Source: Octopus sinensis
Lineage: Eukaryota
Length of the DNA: 64,000 nt
Direction of reading: 5' to 3'
NCBI RefSeq assembly: GCF_006345805.1
Contig: NC_043000.1
Coordinates: 8,742,001 to 8,806,000 of the forward strand
The position numbers and the translations under genes are program-made. Below are positions 1 to 12,934 of this stretch, piece by piece; the stretch's first letter is position 1, and each line of letters begins with the position of its first letter. Below the pieces are notes generated by a model. That model saw nothing but the letters and a program-made list of their open reading frames with translations. It searched no databases and had not been told where the DNA came from.

Positions 1-96
1 AGAATAAACGAACAATTCAATCTATAGATGATAATGGTCCTTAAATTGCCCGTTAGTTGACAGACGCGGCGATCAAAAACGTTGTAGTATATCCAG

Positions 97-678
97 TCAC
101 ACTAATCGCGTCCCCAAAGTCCATCCCCTCCTCACCGTGGTATGGACGCTTGCAACGGGTAGTGTCAGAGCTATGCCATCGGTAACTTCGGTTCCTGGTA
201 GGGCCACCCAAGGCGGATTGGGCTGACACCGAGTGGTATTAGGGCCACAACCCGGCAGACGGTGAAAATCCTCAGAGTGTCTGTTTCGGCAACCAGCGGC
301 TCCTCGGTCGTTCTCTCCCTGCGTCTGCGAACAATCTGCGGCAAACAGGATGTCTCTACCTGCCGGACTGTTGGGGACCGCTTGTGAAATTAATATTCCC
401 ACGAAACTTCTTCTATAAACTCTCAACGGCGAATACAATGGCAACATCGGCCTGTGCGGATGGAACCGTGACTGGCTCGCTATATCCATCGAACTGGTGC
501 AGGACCGTCGTGTGTGGGATGCCATGGTTCGAGTTGCCTCGAGGGTGGTAGAAGAAGCCAATTCAACCGGCCCAGGGTGAATGTCGCCACAAGTACAAGT
601 AAGTAATAGAGTTATCAGAAGAGGTAAAACTAAATGGAAAATACAAAGTACTAATATAAGATGACCAACGTAAATCAT
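97..678 (-). pseudogene. Degenerate 5' part of a probable APE-type LINE ORF with a 2A-like (StopGo) N-terminal motif
   Basis: Hydrophobic run followed by LLLTCTCGDIHPGP, resembling LLLxGD(I/V)xxNPGP but lacking NP. Shifted frames toward the window start give TRCKRPYH, DAISVTGYTT and NLRTIIIYR, weakly like PHD/APE segments. GC-richer than the flanks. Confidence 0.3.
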
Positions 679-766
679 ATACTTAGTGATAAATGCATAT
701 TAAAAACTAGATCCCCAAAATTTAGTTTTAAGGTATAAATAATTTATATAATATGTAAATAATTTA

Positions 767-978
767 GGGCGTGGTGAGCTGGCAGGATCGTTACAGCGCC
801 GGAAAAAATACTTAGTAGCATTTCTTCCGACTTTACGTTCTAAGTTCAAATGCCGCCGGGTTTGACTTTACCTTTCATTCTTTCGGGGTCGGTAAAGTAT
901 CAGTTGAATACTGGAGTCGATGTAATTGGCTTACCTCTTCCCACGAGATCCCTGGCCTAATACAAAAACTTGAAACCA
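767..978 (+). mobile_element. tRNA-derived SINE, family A (head GGCGGCGAGCTGGCAG)
   Basis: Matches >20 other copies in the window: GAGCTGGCAG head, GTTCTGAGTTCAAAT B-box-like segment, GACTTTGCCTTTCATCCTTTCGGGGTCG core. Confidence 0.8.
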
Positions 979-1005
979 AAATATGTGAATAATTTACACG
1001 AAATA

Positions 1006-1567
1006 TTGGGTTGTCCGAAAAGTTCGTGCCGATTTTTAAAGGAAAGAAAAACGTCAATACTTGCCATTACATTTTTAATCAACCAAATATGAACCATTTT
1101 GTTGCACAGTGCATCTCTATCTTTCCTTTAACTTGAAAATACCCTCTTCCCAGAATTAAGGTGGTTTCATGACAAAGAATTCATCAAGATATCTTTTTAC
1201 GTCATCCAAGGAATTAAAATTTTTACCATTAAGACTATTGTGCAGAGACCTGAATGAGTGGAAATCCGAAGGAGCAATATCTGGTGAATATGGAGGGTGG
1301 GGTAACACATCCCGGTCGAGCTGCAGCAATTTTTGTCTGGTTCCCAAATCATCAAGTGCCGAAAATGAACTTTCTTATCTTCTATTTTAAAGGGTTACAA
1401 AATTAACACAGGTTATAGGAACATAAACCTTCTTCCACGAAAAGATAGCTTAAACTGTGCTCTAAATGGAGGTGTAGTCAAATCCTATTTTATGAACTCA
1501 ACCATGTTCTAAAATAAGTCGAAAGGTAAGCTACTATAAATCGGCACGAACTTTCCAGACAACCCAA
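1006..1567 (-). mobile_element. Internally deleted mariner (Tc1/mariner) element
   Basis: About 30-bp TIRs (TTGGGTTGTCCGAAAAGTTCGTGCCGATTT, 2 mismatches) and TA on both sides (1004-1005, 1568-1569). N-terminal IEDKKVHFRHLM is joined directly to C-terminal TRQKLLQLDRDVLPHPPYSPDIAPSDF...NGSYLVD*. Confidence 0.93.
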
Positions 1568-1976
1568 TATATACGAAAGGGAATTGGACGAATGAAAAAA
1601 AAAATGATAAGATCCAATATATTGGAAATGTTCAACAATAGAGATTTCCAAACTTCAATTGAAAGAAAAGTGCATTATATAACAGCTCTCAGTGTATACG
1701 TTTCACAACAAGGTCTTCTCTTCAAATTTCCCTATTTATTATCAATAACGTTGTTATCGATTTTAATGATCGGGTTAAGATCCCACCATTTCCTGCTTCG
1801 AAGCATTTCATCAACGATAGGATAGGTTAAATCATTTTTTTTCTTGTATTTTATTTCTACAATTCTCTTATTCATTAATAACATTTTCTATGAAACAAAT
1901 CCGGGTAGAATTACGAGTATACTGATTCCTGTGTCGTAGAAAAATGAAAGCATCCTTTTTGCTACGGTAAAATTTA

Positions 1977-2276
1977 CTCTTTTACATGTTTCAGTCATTT
2001 GACTGCGGCCATGCTGGAACAACGCCTTTTAATCGAGCAAATCGACCCCCAGGACGTATTCTTTGTTAGCCTAGTATTTATTCTATCGTTCACTTTTGCC
2101 GAACCGCTAAATTACGGGGATGTAAACATACCAGCATCGGTTGACAAGTGATGTTGCGGGCAAAAACACAAACACACAAACATATACATACATACATACA
2201 TACATACATACATACAACATACATACATACATACATACTACATACATACATACATACATACATACATACATACTAC

Positions 2277-2364
<88 letters not shown>

Positions 2365-2541
2365 ATACATATATATACGACGGGCTTCTTTCAGTTTCCG
2401 TCTACCAAATCCACTCACAGGGCTTTGGTTGGCCCGAAGCTATAATAGAAGACACTTGTTCGAGGTGCCACGCAGTGGGAACGAACTCGGAACCATGTGG
2501 TTGGTAAGCAAGCTACTTACGACAGAGCCACTCCTACGCCT
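1977..2541 (-). mobile_element. Composite tRNA-derived SINE (head + internal microsatellite + tail), family B/C
   Basis: Minus-strand head AGGCGTAGGAGTGGCT..GGTAAG, then a (TA)n/(TACA)n tract, then a tail ending GCAGTCAAATGACTGAAACA. The same layout recurs elsewhere in the window. Confidence 0.85.
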
Positions 2542-3554
2542 TTAATACGTTTTTCATATTCATATTTTCTCTTATGAACAATATCTTTCATATTCAGTTT
2601 AAGATGTCTCTATCGATAGTCGTTTACCTAATTCTAGTTTTATTTCTTTTTCCTTTCCACACCAACTCTCGCTTATATTTTGAACTAATTATTTTTACAG
2701 TTATATACGTAATTGGTCGACATTTGTGCCCTAAAGTATGTTTTACGTGTTATGGATCTGTCGGTTATGATTAAATCTTTTTCTAAATTTTTTATTAACC
2801 TGTAAGAGGTGTTTTAGTTTTAGTTTTCACATGGGAATTGCAGCTTTAGGTTTACCAAGAGAATTTCCAATTTTCTGACGTATTCTCGATATTTATTTAG
2901 TGTGATAACAAAAGACTTAACTCCTTCAGTAGAGTAAATATTTTAAATAGTATAATAAGCAGTTTCTACAATCACTACGTAATGGTTTCTTCTTTTATTT
3001 TTAGAAAATTCTGGATTTCAGATTGTTTTTATAAATTATTTTGAATAAAGCATATTATATCCATGAAACGTACAAAAACGACAAAATATAGGTTTTATTG
3101 ACAGCAATAATAAATTTTCAATTGCTACGCTCAAAATTGTATTGAGAGTCTAGAATTTTTTCTATGAAGATAAAAGACACCCCAAGAAAAATACCGCAGT
3201 ATAAATTCATAGAAAACATTTCAATTAGATGCTTTGTCAACAATTTTACACACAAAGATAATACATATTTTAAAATGCTTTACCCTTGTGACAAATTACT
3301 TTATTAGGCGGCTGTGTATGTTGATATAAAGATGTATCTCCATATACATATAAATATCTTCTCCAACTATGATATGCGTATTATGTATATAATATAAATT
3401 AGAGAAAAACCACTATTATGCAATTCAAGCAATGATAGACATAAACCAAATCATAAATAAAAAATAAAAAATATATATTTTTAAAACATATAACTAGATC
3501 ACAAAAAGTATAAAAATAATCAATATATAAGTAGTATATAATAAGTATATAAGT

Positions 3555-3594
<40 letters not shown>

Positions 3595-3597
<3 letters not shown>

Positions 3598-4325
3598 GGT
3601 TTAAGCAATTGAGATTCAAGTGAGTTCTAATGAATTCACATGAATATGGTCCTTAACTAGGATGCACCGGAAATCTACATGGTGTTTTAAACATACGACA
3701 AAGTGGGGTGATTACAAATAGGAAAAAAGCAACAAGAATGGATCAATATATCGGTACAATTGTTTCGTACGAGAACATCTTTAATAAAGCTACAAAAATT
3801 GCAGTAAATATAGGTGGCTCGTACTCATCAGGCGAAACAACATCCGAGATTCCCAAACATCAAAGGGGGGTAATGTTACACTTATGAAACATCATGGAAA
3901 GTTCTATAAAAATGAGAATTTAGATAACATATTGGTTTCTAAGAGTTCAATTAGTATTACACAGTCATATATCAGGTTATTAAAAAGTTTTTTCAAAACA
4001 TCTTAGTTTTCCAGAGAGTGAAGATAAAAATGAGGGTGTGAGTTTATCCGTATTGAAGAAAGTTTGATTCCTGGAGATCCGATGAGAGGTATTGAACTTA
4101 CAGAATATGTGCTTGTCTATATATAGTTCATAGTAAATTGTTAATCAAGCTATGTGAAGAAATTTTGGATACAATCGTGCAAAATTTCTGAAAACTGCTG
4201 TATTATAATCCGAGTAAGAAGCGTAGCGACAGCCTTTTAGTGGAGACGAACAGGCTGTTATTGAAATTTACAAGAATCACAGCGCTAAGGAAGAAAGTTG
4301 TGTCTGTATTTATGTATGTACGTGA

Positions 4326-4326
<1 letters not shown>
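3595..4326 (-). mobile_element. Putative Penelope-like pLTR fragment inserted in (TA)n
   Basis: Unique sequence flanked by (TA)n on both sides, containing a minus-strand hammerhead about 160 nt from its 3' end. Confidence 0.5.
3741..3845 (-). ncRNA. Type I hammerhead ribozyme motif
   Basis: Minus strand: CUGAUGA (3831-3825), stem II GUACGAG/CUCGUAC (7 bp, ~44-nt loop), GAAA (3766-3763), palindromic stem III ACAAUUGU, GUA cleavage triplet. Stem I is irregular with a C.C mismatch at the first pair. Confidence 0.75.
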
Positions 4327-4394
<68 letters not shown>

Positions 4395-4445
4395 ATATAT
4401 ACACACATATATTCACGTACATACATAAATACATACACACATACA

Positions 4446-4478
<33 letters not shown>

Positions 4479-5005
4479 GAAGAATGTAATATATAAACAA
4501 CCACAACCCACATATACACATAACACGTTTTTTTTAATTGCACTCACACACAGAGAAATCACATCGTTCATATTGCCCACGTAAAGGTTGAAACCTTTGC
4601 ACCTTCTCCTCACAACCTTTTCCATACATTTAATTATTCACTCAGATACAGACACACAGTCTCACACGCTTTCGACGACCTACGTAAAATAATACCCACA
4701 CACCGACATTACTCTCTCTCTCCTACACTAACGCCCCCACATTTAGATACGTACACACACCAACACACATACATACATCCACACCAAACGCATACACAAA
4801 TCCATTCACCTCATATGCTCGCTACTAAACTCATATACATTCTCAGACATGTTTCCGTTTCTCTTCATGTCTCTCTTTTTCACCCTTCCCTCGTAGAATG
4901 GCATTCACCTTGCTTCCCCTTTCCTCACCTTCTTTCTTTAATTGTTTTATTATTACTAATTTTTTTCACACATTCACTGTCTTATGTTCCTCTTCACCTG
5001 TTTTC

Positions 5006-5040
5006 TGTTTGAAGAAGAGCTAAAGTTCGAAATGTAAACA
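5006..5040 (+). ncRNA. Degenerate minimal hammerhead motif (PLE-type)
   Basis: TGTT-TGAAGA-A-GAGC-TAAA-GTTC-GAAA-TGT-A-AACA. Core C3 is missing; otherwise it parallels 14096-14130. Confidence 0.4.
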
Positions 5041-5188
5041 CACTTCATTCTCATTTCAAAGATTTAAATTAATATCATATTTGTTGTGCTTTGATCTTTC
5101 AGTGTTATTCTGTGTTATTTTTTTATTTGTTATTTTTGCTCTACAAAACACACACATACACACACATACACACGCACACACACACACA

Positions 5189-5618
5189 TCTTTTACTTGT
5201 TTCAGTCATTGACTGCGGCCATACTTGAGCACCGCATTTAGTCGAGCAAATCGACCCAAGGACTTATTCTTCGTAACCTAGTACTTATTCTATCGTTCAC
5301 TTTTGCCGAACCGCTAAGTTACGGGGACGTAAACACACCAGTATCGGTTGTCACGCGATGCTGGGGGGGGGACAAACACAGACACAGAAACACACACACA
5401 CACGCACGCACACACACACACACACACACATATGTATATATATATACATATATACGACGGGTTTCTTTCAGTTTCCGTTTACCAAATCCACTCACAAGGC
5501 TTTGTTCAGCCCGAGGCTATAGTAAAAGACACTTGCCCAAGGTGCCACGCAGTGGGACTGAACCCGGAACCATGTGACTCATAAGCGAGCTACTTACCAC
5601 ACAGCCACTCCTGCGCCT
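5189..5618 (-). mobile_element. Composite SINE family B/C
   Basis: Same head and tail as 1977-2541 with an internal (CA)n/(TA)n tract. Confidence 0.85.
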
Positions 5619-6344
5619 ATGCATAAAATTTTATGCCACTGCATAAAATTCGAAAATCTCTTTGCATTCTTTCCTACTAGCTGGTGTGTGGCCATTTAAT
5701 GCATTTAAGATATTCTTAAGCATTTGCTTAAGAATTTCCCAAAACCTATCACCATGTTTGTCCGTAGTATCTTTGATGTTGGGGAAAGAAAAAAATGTCA
5801 CATATGCAAATGAAGAAGAGAAAAGAGAGGCATATGCTATTATTAAATATCGTACATAATGTTAGTTATGAAATAATAGGTGTAAATACAGCCGATGCTT
5901 TAACTGTAAAGAACTGCTTTGATGGAAAAATGCCTCAAAAGACTAACAAATTACTTTCTATGTTCCATATTCACCTTTTGAAGGGTGGTATTGACAGAAT
6001 ATGTATACTACTGATACACCCACAGAGTAAGAGTTGTGCCAAATTACTACGGATAGCTTCAAAAGGCAACAACATTAGCCCTTTAAAAGGAAAACAGTCG
6101 AAGACGAATAATATAACGATTAATTAACAAAGGAAAAAGAAAATAGAAAATAAAGGTTTTGTCACCAGTTTGAAGCAAAATTAAGTTAAACTCGCAAAAC
6201 GAAAGGGTAAGAGAAATAAAGGGAAAAGAATACCAGAAAAGGATTTTCACCACGATAGAGAAATATTAGAAAACCAAACTTGATTTTAGTAAAGCTTTCC
6301 GAAAGAAAATTAGGAAAGAATGTAGTTGAGGGGAAAATAATTTT

Positions 6345-6806
6345 TGTTTTATCTTTATTTGCCCCAGTCATGGGTCTGCAGTCATGCAGGGCACCACAAT
6401 TAAGGGTTTCGTCGAACAAATTGAATCCACTGCTTATTTTAAGGTTTGGCACTTAACCAATGGGTATCTTTTGCCGAATCACTATGTTACGGGGACGTAA
6501 ACAAACTCACGTCGGTTGTCAGCTGGGGGTGGGGAGGACTAACATAACGACACACATACTATACTCACACACACACATAAATACGTACACACACGTATAC
6601 ACATACACACTCACACACACACACATATATATATATATATACGACAGGCTTCAATACAATTTCCATCTAGAGAATTTACTTAGAAATGCTTTGGTCAACC
6701 CGGGGCAATAATACAAGGCACTCGTCCAAAGTACCGCATGGTGGGACTGAACCCAAATCTACGTGGTTGCCAAGTGAACTTTTAACCATACAACCATACC
6801 TGCGTT
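6345..6806 (-). mobile_element. Diverged composite SINE family B/C
   Basis: Recognisable TTACGGGGACGTAAAC and GTGGGACTGAACCC segments around a microsatellite. Confidence 0.65.
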
Positions 6807-7589
6807 TATACAGAAAGTATAAAGCACGTTGGATTACGTGGCAATCACTTTTCCAATATAACTGAGTCCAAGTACATCGAACTCTTTATTGATTTCTGCT
6901 ATACAAACAGAATCTTAATAGGAACAGTTGGCTGAATGGTTTAGAACTTCGCTTCGCAATCACGAGGTTCAGTTTTCACTCCTACTGCACGTAAGCTTCG
7001 GGAAATTCCTTTTTCTATTGTCTCATGTTGACCAGTACTTTGTGAATTTACCGCCGGCTGAATTATGTCTGTATTTCAAGAAACAGCCTTGTCACACGCC
7101 GTATCGCACTTGATTCTGCCGGAGAATCATGTTGTGTCGTTAGAGATAGTGTTTATAGAAACATCATACCCAATGCATTCTTTTTTTAAGACGGTCGGGA
7201 ATAATTTGAAGCAGACATGGTTGCTATTTCTCGCGAATCGGAACAACCATGGGAAATTAAGAATGAGTAATTTTGCATTTTCTTCCTTTCCGTTCCCTTA
7301 AGGCAGATTGCCAATGTAAGAAATCAATACTAAATCGAAGATATTGGAATATAGAAAAACACATACGTAAATTCTATAATTTAGCCTAATACAACGCATG
7401 TTCTAATCCATTTTTATTCTCTTTGAGCTTTAAACCTCCAATGATTTCTGTTATGCAGTTTGGCTGTAAACATTTGATAAAACCTTTTAACGGTTGGCGA
7501 AGCAAATATAAAATGTTCCCTGATATTGTTGGACTGTAATATGAATGCTTGTCATATCGTACGACTAAGCGAACCTCATATTAGTTTGT

Positions 7590-7654
<65 letters not shown>

Positions 7655-7991
7655 TATATATATGTATATATTCTGAGATAAAAATTTACTATTTAATATT
7701 AGTCTAATATTATTGTCCCCAGATATATACCAATCAATATTAACTTAACTTAGATATAGATAAAAAATTTACATATAATTTTGATAAAATAGGAAAGAAA
7801 TATTTGAGTCTTTTTTTAGTTTTGACTTATATTTTTGTCTAAAAGTACATTTGTCAAAGATTTTAGTGTTACACATATAAAAGTAATATGAATAAGTATA
7901 AGTATACATACATACACACATACATACAAATATATATATATATATTTATATACATATACATATACATATATATATTCTTTTTATTCTTTTT

Positions 7992-8366
7992 TCTTTTACT
8001 TGTTTCAGTCATTTGACTGCGGCCATACTGGAGCACCGCCTTTAGTCGAGCAAATCGACCCCAGGACTTATTCTTTGTAAGCCTAGTATTTATTCTATCG
8101 CTAAGTTACGGGGATGTAAACACACCAGCATCGGTTGTCAAGCGATGTTGGGAGGACAAACACAGACACACAAACACACACACACATATATATATACATA
8201 TATACGACGGGCTTCTTTCAGTTTCCGTCTGCCAAATCCACTCACAGTGATTTGGTCAGCCCGAGGGTATAGTAGAAGACACTTGCCCAAGGTGTCACGC
8301 AGTGGGACTGAACCCGGAACCATGTGGTTCGTAAGCAAGCAACTTACCACACAGCCACTCCTTCGC
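7992..8366 (-). mobile_element. Composite SINE family B/C
   Basis: Near-consensus copy with a short internal (CA)/(TA) tract. Confidence 0.85.
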
Positions 8367-8581
8367 ACATGTATATATTAGAGATTTACTTGGCTGGCAA
8401 ATGATTTGAGTTGAGAACTTTTGATGAAATTAAAGCTAATCCTCTATAATAGAATTGTTTCAGTGACCAGTTCACAGATTGTGCGGAGAAAATTTTGACC
8501 CGAAATAAATGATGAAAGGAATTTTGAGTAGTTTTCATGCTTTTTAATGTCTAATATGATACCCCCTCCACATTGTAATTG

Positions 8582-8653
<72 letters not shown>

Positions 8654-8654
8654 A

Positions 8655-8707
<53 letters not shown>

Positions 8708-9367
8708 GTCTATCTATCTATTTATTTACTTGTCTGTTTGTCTATTCATGTATGTATGTATATATGTGCGTGTGTGTGTGTGTACACGCACGCACACACA
8801 CCTACACACACACATCTGTCTTCTTCACAAGTCCGTATACATGCTTCCGTCTACTGAACTCATTTACAGACTTTAGATTCACGTGAATTATTAGTAGCAA
8901 TCAAGATTTCACCATGGGACTGTAGAAAATGGACGAAAGCTATTTAACGATACAGAAAAATAAAATTCAATTTATTCAATATTTCGACTTAAAGAGCCAC
9001 TAATCGTGAACTGAACACTTGTAATTAAATACTAAATCGTAAACAGCACTCAAGTTATGACATGTGCAGTAAAACATTATAGCAAGGAAATGAACGGATT
9101 TTGATGTATTCAAATTAAGTAATAAACATCGGACAGTCAACAAGCCCCTGGCAATTTGGGATTTATAGATGTGATTGCATAATGGAGATATAGCTGGTTT
9201 AATAACAAGGTTACCACTGTTCCCATCGGAGACATAAACAAGAAGCCGTAACTTCTATTCAGGTAACTTAAACGGATATCCTTCGTTTAGTGCTGTCTCG
9301 AGTCCTACTTAGTTTCTTGGTGTACAAGTGTCCGCGATCACAATATTCCCCTTGAATGAAACGAACG

Positions 9368-9530
9368 TCAGTCTGACGCAGAGTTACTAAATTACGGCTG
9401 AGTGGACGGAAGCAACATTAAATGAAGCGTTTTGCTCAAGAACACAAAGTACAACCCGGTCAGGGAATCAAAACCATGATCTTGTGATCGTGAATGCACC
9501 TGCCTAACCACAAAGCCACGCGCCTTCACG
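9368..9530 (-). mobile_element. tRNA-derived SINE with CORE-like body
   Basis: Minus head GTGAAGGCGCGTGGCTTTGTGGTTAGG, followed by TTCTTGAGCAAAACGCTTCATTTAATGTTGCTTCCGTCCACTCAGC. Confidence 0.55.
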
Positions 9531-9725
9531 AATACCTTTCTATTTTCTGGCCGATATCTAAATGGTGTTAAACAGTTCTTTTGTACGTAAATCTAATGAG
9601 ACCCAAGTAGTGCTTTATTAAATCCTATTTCGTTCATTATGTAAAACAAGATTCTCAAGCGTCTATTGACGTTTTCATTGAGGCTGTTTGTTAATGTTCA
9701 TATTCTACTTTAGTGGAATTCTTTT

Positions 9726-10151
9726 TTATAGCAAGCATTCGCCTTGGTCGCTTGTTTGAGAGTGACTTTTTCCCACCAGTTGCAAAGGCTCTGAAAAGAG
9801 AAACGTGCGTTGCCTTTCCTCCTCGAAATTAGCCGTTAAAAATATAAATCATTTCTCAGAGAAGGTCAAGAATCTGGGAATTGCATGTTAAGTTTCCCTT
9901 GCGTATTTCTGATTCAATCACGCTGGTGACATGTTCAGTTAAGTGTGGGGTATAGAAGTAGCAAATATTCTGCACATCTTACTTTTTCTATTTTCTATTT
10001 CTTTTTCAGTCGTCTTGCCACAAAATACTCCGAGTATCCATTTACTCTTGTACCGTTTAATGTTAACCATTTCGTTTTCTTCATCGAAACAGATTTTAGA
10101 GCGATTAATCTCCTTTTTAATGTACGATGATTTAGCATTCACTATTAAGAG
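9726..10151 (-). CDS. Candidate last two coding exons of an unidentified host gene (10151-9983 and 9790-9726)
   Basis: GT-AG intron of 192 nt with donor AA|GTAAGA and acceptor TTTCTCTTTTCAG. Phases are compatible, giving LLIVNAKSSYIKKEINRSKICFDEENEMVNIKRYKSKWILGVFCGKTTEKEIENRK-KPLQLVGKSHSQTSDQGECLL*. AATAAA lies ~107 nt after the stop. No homology recognised. Confidence 0.3.
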
Positions 10152-10884
10152 CTGAGTTTAAATAGACTTCTGACTCTTCATGGACAGATTTTCCAACGAA
10201 GGAAGTTAACAAAACTATTTAGTTCTTGAATATCGCTCTGACCGATTGTGGATATTTACATTCTCAAACCGCGGAAAATATTGTCTATATTTTCAGAACA
10301 TTAAAATATTGGCTACGAATTTCGTAATAAACGTTCGGGTATGGCGTAACATTGCTCCAGCATGATCCAGTTTATCTATATTTGAAATCAATAGTAGGTA
10401 TGGTCTGATATGAAATTAAAATACATTAAATTCGGCAATTTGCTTGTGTTTGGACGTCAAAACATATGGATTACAATTATGGACAAACTGTTAAAGTGAA
10501 GTGTCAAGACAGTGCATGTTGTTAGAAATAAGATGGTTTGTCAGATGTTAAGAGATGGGTGCGCAGATACATGTATATAGAAAGGGAAACAGTATTTAGA
10601 GGGTTTAGATCTCCTCAACTGAAAAAAAAATCTTTCTCATCGCAGATGACGGGTTAATCTTATAATATTGGATTACTGCTCTCCAAAAGGCATACAAACG
10701 TACTCAAAACCCATAAGCAATAGATTGGTAAGTTATCACCAGTAGTGATAACCATATCAATTTCGTATCCTCTAAATATTTCAAACAGACCGACGAAGGA
10801 TGACACGGGCTAATGAAGCAGTCTAAGGCTGTCTTCTCGACCTGTTAAAAATAACAATCAAATCTTCCTTAAATGATATTTTTA

Positions 10885-11182
10885 TTGCCTGAAAGAACAG
10901 TTGGAAGTTGATCGAGACCTCTTTTCGAAGGTCATCACTGGTGATGAAAGCTGGTGCTACGGAATTTGCAGATGTGGAAGAGGTGAAGAAAAAAACGACA
11001 GAGGCGTTAAAAGGCGTCACTTCGCAGAATTTCCAACACTGCTTCGAACAGTGGAAAACGCGTCGGGACCGATGCATTGCTTCAAATGGAGAATACTTTG
11101 GAGGCGATAAAAGTGGAAACATTTAAAACTTGGTGAGTAAAATAATATTGTAAAATTCCAGTTTCTTTTGGATACTCCCTTG
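10885..11182 (+). mobile_element. Mariner transposase remnant with right TIR
   Basis: LKEQLEVDRDLFSKVITGDESWCYG joined to the C-terminus FADVEEVKKKTTEALKGV...WKTRRDRCIASNGEYF. Ends CTTTTGGATACTCCCTTG followed by TA. Confidence 0.85.
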
Positions 11183-11271
11183 TAGTTGACCTGGAGTTAA
11201 ATAATTGGAGTTAAATACATTGTTTATTCCTACATACATTACCTCTACTACGATAAAAGTCTGATCGTACA

Positions 11272-11556
<285 letters not shown>

Positions 11557-11820
11557 TTGAAGGAATAATATTGTCCTGGTTATCACTTCATTTGCACATC
11601 ATGCAGGATCCCGGCTAGCGTAGTATTCTAAAACCTAAAAGAGATTTGTATGATTCCAAGTGATATAAATGGGAGCGCTACACAAACCCATGGTAATATC
11701 CAGTAAGCTTAAAATATGATCTGCAGAGTGAAAAACAAAAGTAATAATTTGAAAGAGGAAAGAAGTCAAACTGACATTAAAAGTGTTTCCGTAAACGGGC
11801 AATATCTTTACTACACATCA

Positions 11821-12038
11821 CATACAACATTATGCAATTCATGCAATGTTATGAAATACATGCCATGATATATGGAAATATGTAATAATTCCACAGTCCA
11901 TCCGATTTCTCAGATGTTATGGTTTGAAGGCACCGTGGTCCAAAATAAAAAAAAATAATAAATATTGAAATATTACATATTCCCATATTTCATGGCATGT
12001 ATTACATAAAATTGCTTGAATTGAATAAACGTTGTATG
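11821..12038. mobile_element. MITE-like imperfect inverted repeat (~70-bp arms)
   Basis: 11821-11891 is roughly 85% complementary to 11967-12038. Confidence 0.55.
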
Positions 12039-12583
12039 AGATATGGAATAAAATTATTGTCCATTTAAAGAAGCAATTGTAATGTCAATTTGATTTTTTT
12101 GCTCATTCAAATTATTACTTTTACTCACTCACACACACAGACATGTATGTATGTATGTATGTATGTATGTATGTATGTATGTATGTATGTATGTATGTAT
12201 GTATGTATGTATGCGTGCATGTATGTATATATGTATTTATGTATGTATTATGTATGTATGTATGTATGTATGTATGTATGTATGTATGTATGTATATATG
12301 TATCTATCTATCTATCTCTATGCCGTTGCGACAAACAGCGTATTTCGGCAGCGCCCATCACTCTGCAGTCGACTTTTTTCTTGAAAGAAACGGACAGAAT
12401 AAAAGGGAAAAAGAAGGATCAACCGCAGTGCATAGCAACTTCTATATTTGTCTAACACAAAAGAATGAAAGGCAAAGTTGGCCGTTGCAGGATTCTCGTT
12501 GCAGGAATTCAGGGCACAGAAAATGAGAACTATTTCTGCAAAGTAATTTACCCAACGCTCTAACGGCGTCAGTAATCAAATAC

Positions 12584-12647
<64 letters not shown>

Positions 12648-12934
12648 AAGTGAACAAATATCCCAATTTTGAGCGTAAGTTGCGTTTGAAGTTTCTTGTC
12701 AAAACGTCTTTCAATAGCATTGAGGAAAACCATAAAAAGAAAAGAAAAACAGATAACCTTGTAGCTCAGAATAACTAGGTATTCAATCAGCCTCGGTGCT
12801 ATACAAACTCCTTGTTCAACGTAGCACGGCATTTATTCAGTAGGCTATAAACCCTATAATTTCTTACGCATAGGAGTGTACCTGACCTAAAGAAAATAAA
12901 AGATTCATTTTGTAATGTACTATAGGACAGGAAT

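Noticed and set aside
5795-6127. 110-aa plus-strand ORF
   Set aside because: No motif; length is compatible with chance in A-rich sequence.
10646-10727. Plus-strand exon with strong splice sites (CGCAG| ... TTG|GTAAGT)
   Set aside because: All three frames contain stops. It could only be a non-coding exon, and there is no supporting evidence.
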